Position numbers and translations under genes: made by a program. Shown one piece after another: positions 60,801 through 64,000 of a DNA stretch of 64,000 nucleotides. The notes under the pieces are model-generated. The model saw nothing but the letters and a program-made list of their open reading frames with translations. It had not been told where the DNA came from and did not search any database. The DNA lies in contig OZ241863.1 in the NCBI GenBank assembly GCA_965203055.1, positions 4,416,001 through 4,480,000 on the forward strand, read 5' to 3'. Every line of letters starts with the position of its first letter. Position 1 is the first letter of the stretch. This DNA comes from Spirochaetia bacterium (GTDB taxonomy: Bacteria > Spirochaetota > Spirochaetia > SZUA-6 > Bin103).

Positions 60801-63800
60801 GTGCGCTTCTCCTACACGGTGGCGGCGGCCGATGCGGACCCCGACGGCCTGGGCGTCGCCGCCGCGGCGCTGACCCTGAACCGCGGGGCGATCCGCGACC
60901 TCGACGGCCAGGACGCCGTGCCCGGTCTGGGCAGCCACGCGCGGACCGCCTTCGCCAACGCCAAGGTGGACGGGAGCAGGACCGGCCTCTGGCCGGACTT
61001 CGGCTCGGCGGCCAGCCCCGCGCTCTCCCTGATTGCGGGAACGACGGCGACTCACGCGCTGCCGACCGCGGCCGGCGGCGATACGCCGCTGCGCTACACC
61101 GTTTCGCCCGGGCTGCCCGCCGGGCTGAGCGTGAACGCCTCCACCGCGGTCCTCTCCGGCGCGCCCAGGACCGAGAGCCCGCAAACCGATTACACGCTGA
61201 CGGCGACCGACGCCAACGGCGACGCCGCGACGCTGGCCTTCACCCTCAAGGTGTTGGGCAGCCGGCCGGTGGTAAGCGGCGTGTCGATCGCCTCCACGCC
61301 GCTTGCCGGGGACACCTACGGCGCCAGCGAGGTGATCCTGGTCGACGTGACCTTCGAGCGCACCGGCACCGGCGCGATGACGGTGCGCGGCGCGCCGCGG
61401 CTGGCGATCGCCGTCGGCGCCGCCGCGCGGCAGGCGTCGTTCCTCTCCGTCTCCGGCGCGACGCTGCGGTTCCGCTACACGGCGCAGGCCGAGGACCGGG
61501 ACACGGACGGCATTGCCGTCGCCGCGGACGCGCTGGCGCTCAACGGCGGTCTGATCCGCGACGCCGCGAGCAACAACGCGATCCTGGGCCTTGGCCGCCA
61601 TGCCCTTGCCGCGGCGCCGGCGCACAAGGTGGACGGCAGCGCCGGCCGCGCCCCGGCGGTGGCCGGAGTGCGGATGATCTCGGCGCCGGCGAGCGGCAAC
61701 ACCTACACGCTGGGCGAGACCATCGAGGTGGCGGTGCGCTTCGACCAGGCGGTCGGCGTCTCCGGGATGCCGAACCTGGCGCTGACCCTCGGCTCGGCCA
61801 CCGCGCGGGCGGCCTGGAACCGTACCGGGGCGAGCCCGACCACGCAGATCTTCCGCCACGTGGTGCAGGCGGCGGACCGGGACGCCGACGGCCTCTCCAT
61901 CGGCGCGAGCGCGCTGGCGCTGGGCGGCGGCACGATCCGCAACCTCCGCGGCAGGGACGCGGCGCTCGGCCTCGGCAGCCACGCGCTGGGCAATCAGAGG
62001 GCGCACAAGGTGGACGGATCGAAGAATCCGGCCCCGCTGGTGACCGGCGTCTCCCTCCGCTCCTTCCAGCGGGACGGCTGGTACGACCACGGCGAGGTCG
62101 TCGAGGCGCGGGTGACGTTCAACAAGGCGGTGGCGGTGACCGGCAGCCCGCAACTGGCGATCGCCATCGGCGCCACCACGCGGCAGGCGTCCTTGCACGC
62201 CGCGAGCGGCGCCCGCGTGGACTTCCGCTACACGGTGCAGGACGGCGACCACGACACCGACGGCCTCTCCATCGGCGCGGGCGCGCTGGCGCTCAATGGC
62301 GGGACGATCCGCAACAACGGGGTGGACGCGGCGCTCGGCCTCGGCAGCCACGCGCTGGGCAGTCAGGCGGCGCACAAGGTGGACGGCCGCATGGCCAAGG
62401 TGACGGGCGTCACCATCGAAACCACTCCGGCCGGCAGCGCCGGCTACGGCGCGGGCGAAGAGATCCGGGTACGGGTCGATTTCGACCTGGCGCTCGGCAA
62501 CTATCAAGGCTCCAGGCTGGCGCTGACCATCGGCGACGACACGCGCCAGGCCACCTTCGCCTACGCCCGCAGAAGCATCGGCATGCCGTTGGGCAACCTG
62601 AACCGGTTGCACTACACCTACACGGTCCGGGCGACGGACCGGGACGCGGACGGCCTCTCCATCGCGGCGAACGCGCTGAGCGGAACCATCCGGCGGCGGG
62701 ACGGCAACCCGGCGCGGACGGACCTCGGCAGCCACGCGCGGGGCGCCCAGGCGGCGCACAAGGTGACCGGCGCGGTGGTGACGCCCCGTGTGACCAGTAT
62801 TTCCATCAACGGTCCGCTGAACGGCGTCACCTTCGGGCTCGGGGAAAAGATCATGGTGACGCTCCAGTTCAACGCGCCGGTCGCCGCGTCGCGGGGGGCG
62901 CATCTGGCGCTGACCGTGGGCAACGCCACGCACCGGCTGAACGCCCGCGGCGTGGGCCCCCGTGTCTACAAGTCGAATTACGGATTCCAATACGTGGTAC
63001 AGGCGTCCGACCGGGACGCGGACGGCATCGGCATCGCCGCCGACGGGTTGACGCTTCCCCAGGGCGGAACCCTGCGCAGCGCGGTGGGGGTGGACGCGGC
63101 GCTCGGCCTCCCCGCGGCGCCGGTGCGCAAAGTGGACGGCAGCCACAACCCGCCGGCGAAGGGGATTCAGGTGCTCCGTGGCCAGGCGCGCCACGACACC
63201 TTCCTCGCGGGCGAGTCCTTCGACGTCGTGGTCTTCTGGACCAAGCCGGTGACGATCACCGGCACGCCGACCCTGGCGATGCAGGTGGGCAGCGTCACGC
63301 GCCGCCTCAGGCTGGTGCGCGGCGGCGGGACGGAGGCCTTCTTCCGGTACACGGTGCGGCATGACGACCGCGACCCGGACGGCGTGAGCATCGCGGCCGA
63401 CGCGCTGCGCCTGGAGGGCGCCAGCATCACGGGGCCGGGCGGCAAGGCGGCGCAGCTCCGCCTCACCAAGTCGATCGTGAACGACGCTTCCTTCAAGGTC
63501 GGCAGCGCCGCGCGGCCGACGCCGACCTTCGGCGCGGCGGTGGTGCCGGCCCGGGACTGGACGGTGGGCGTGCCGGTGAACTTCACGCTGCCGCCGGCGA
63601 CCGACGGGAGCGGTACGCTACGCTACGCGCTGCTCGGGCCGTCCGTGACGCCCGGCCAATACCGGACCGCCTATCTGTGGCTGCCGCCCGGGCTGCGCTA
63701 TACCGCCCCGGCCAACCACACGCTGAGCGGCGGCACGATCAGCGGCACGATCAGCGGCCACACGCCCACCGACAATGACATGAACGGCCGCACTTGGCGG

Positions 63801-64000
63801 CTGACGGCCACGGACGCCGACGCCGACACGGCGACCCTGGACTTCCTCGCCCGGATCGTTCCCGACCGGACGCCGAGCTTCGGCGACGCGGCCATCGACG
63901 ATCAGGCGTGGATCGAGAACGCGGCGGTCACCGCCTTCGACCTGCCGGAGGCGACCGGCGGCAACGGCGACCTCACCTACACGCTGGCGCCGGCGCTGCC
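57852..64000 (+). CDS. Giant secreted Ig-like repeat surface protein; runs off the window end (>2040 codons, not in the ORF track)
   Basis: ATG 57852, signal-peptide-like LTLAALALLLSALPAAG|Q; same frame at the window end (ATGGNGDLTYTLAPAL); about 12 copies of a ~120-aa Y..GE.I.V.V.FD...V.G.P.L.L.IG...R.A...F.YTV...D.D.DG.SI...AL unit, interspersed with He_PIG-like units (LP.GL...SG.P...YTLTATD.DGD). Confidence 0.88.
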   Translation, partial: MGMKRQCVSRITVGALLARGGSGRERGNLTLTLAALALLLSALPAAGQTGVTSDPVVSGLRITSSPASGGAYRAGETITAEVTFDQTLAVTGTPRLAIAVGAATRQASGSHTAGESRISFSYTAATDDKDTDGISIAAGALTLNGATIRNAKGEDARLGLGAHAVAAQPGHKVSAPPRVTGVRLLTTNLRCCWGVRPAGWEDPRQTDENLYPPSLVLAEVTFDQPVAVSGTPQVALTIGANTRQATWNAFLSRLVHPTANAHGAEDIDVMAFYYELQASDFDGDGIGAAADALALNGGTIRDAEGEDAALGLGSHAIANQASLRVADTAPSFAAAEDRRYLLNLRANDRLPAATGDGALTYALTGPGAATTLSLPRGLSWNAAARTISGTPAGAAAAAPYTLTATDVDGDTGTLTFALSVVTDPVVSGVSVTSSPAAGDAYAAGETITVDVTFDQPVTVTGAPELALTIGSKLRQATGSPAANRRTVSFSYPVATGDRDTDGISITGSALTIAGATIRNAKGENARLGLGGHAVAGAAGHKVSTPPRVAQVNLHTTDMKCCWSRHDPGWADPRQTERNRFAPAVVWAAVTFDQALVFAGTGRPSLALTIGGATRQAAFDRYLSRQTARMLGKSNSQVLAFFYTLQPSDFDGDGIGVAAGALTLPAGTTLRDAQGEAAVLGLGTHAIANDPNYRVADTSPSFGSAAVQPQHWVAGAVSSLTLPAAAGDGAVSHALTPAQRPSWLKFDAATRVLSGTPPAAAAAAARTGYTWTATDVDGDSTALTFTLTVAAANAPKVAEVKLLSSPAAHAMYAPGSAIEVGVKFDKSVSVRGTPTLALDVGGAARQANYTALRNGYLVFSYTVRQADYDTDGVSIGAGALAAPARGGIFDKANAAVAALGLGSHTIANASGHKVGSPPRVTGVSIHSTPPQAGTYTRGATVTVQVDFDQTVTVTGTPQLALTIGGATRQASAMAESGAGVSRSRVRFSYTVAAADADPDGLGVAAAALTLNRGAIRDLDGQDAVPGLGSHARTAFANAKVDGSRTGLWPDFGSAASPALSLIAGTTATHALPTAAGGDTPLRYTVSPGLPAGLSVNASTAVLSGAPRTESPQTDYTLTATDANGDAATLAFTLKVLGSRPVVSGVSIASTPLAGDTYGASEVILVDVTFERTGTGAMTVRGAPRLAIAVGAAARQASFLSVSGATLRFRYTAQAEDRDTDGIAVAADALALNGGLIRDAASNNAILGLGRHALAAAPAHKVDGSAGRAPAVAGVRMISAPASGNTYTLGETIEVAVRFDQAVGVSGMPNLALTLGSATARAAWNRTGASPTTQIFRHVVQAADRDADGLSIGASALALGGGTIRNLRGRDAALGLGSHALGNQRAHKVDGSKNPAPLVTGVSLRSFQRDGWYDHGEVVEARVTFNKAVAVTGSPQLAIAIGATTRQASLHAASGARVDFRYTVQDGDHDTDGLSIGAGALALNGGTIRNNGVDAALGLGSHALGSQAAHKVDGRMAKVTGVTIETTPAGSAGYGAGEEIRVRVDFDLALGNYQGSRLALTIGDDTRQATFAYARRSIGMPLGNLNRLHYTYTVRATDRDADGLSIAANALSGTIRRRDGNPARTDLGSHARGAQAAHKVTGAVVTPRVTSISINGPLNGVTFGLGEKIMVTLQFNAPVAASRGAHLALTVGNATHRLNARGVGPRVYKSNYGFQYVVQASDRDADGIGIAADGLTLPQGGTLRSAVGVDAALGLPAAPVRKVDGSHNPPAKGIQVLRGQARHDTFLAGESFDVVVFWTKPVTITGTPTLAMQVGSVTRRLRLVRGGGTEAFFRYTVRHDDRDPDGVSIAADALRLEGASITGPGGKAAQLRLTKSIVNDASFKVGSAARPTPTFGAAVVPARDWTVGVPVNFTLPPATDGSGTLRYALLGPSVTPGQYRTAYLWLPPGLRYTAPANHTLSGGTISGTISGHTPTDNDMNGRTWRLTATDADADTATLDFLARIVPDRTPSFGDAAIDDQAWIENAAVTAFDLPEATGGNGDLTYTLAPAL
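58011..60225 (+). repeat. Tandem duplication of a ~1107-bp (369-aa) three-domain block inside the giant ORF
   Basis: GATCCGGTGGTGAGCGGC at 58011 and 59118; TGCTGCTGG at 58422 and 59529 (both offsets 1107). Confidence 0.8.

Noticed and set aside
57792..63362. 1856-aa minus-strand ORF and 1252-aa ORF 59606-63364
   Set aside because: Antisense or off-frame shadows of the GC-rich giant surface-protein gene; Arg/Gly-rich with no motifs
57990..63500. CRISPR-like or non-coding repeat array
   Set aside because: The repeats are long, degenerate, in-frame protein domain repeats; no cas genes or spacer pattern

Overview
GC-rich bacterial chromosomal window. The gene content (sulfatase, PhyH dioxygenases, sugar isomerases, AAA-PD-(D/E)XK paralogs, a giant Ig-repeat surface protein) is suggestive of a host-associated, possibly spirochaete-like, lineage; this is inference only. 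Housekeeping and metabolic genes (1-14.9 kb, suf operon, thr genes, epimerase) alternate with three defence-type regions. (1) 14.9-32.8 kb: a SNF2-helicase/DUF3883 + DUF1156 methylase + HEPN-DUF499 ATPase module interspersed with cargo genes and pseudogenes. (2) 35.8-43.4 kb: a lower-GC two-gene insert that splits the suf operon between sufC and sufD. It encodes a 1633-aa DUF1998 helicase and a ~860-aa partner whose C-terminus is an essentially full-length but diverged ribosomal protein uS5, a Druantia-type-III-like module with an unusual S5 domain. This is the most notable finding. (3) 53.7-56.8 kb: a C-protein-regulated type II R-M system with a recognisable C-box. The window ends inside a >2000-codon repeat adhesin ORF that is missing from the ORF track because it has no stop in the window. 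No rRNA, tRNA, CRISPR array, integrase or transposase was recognised. All family calls come from motif recognition by eye, not database searches.
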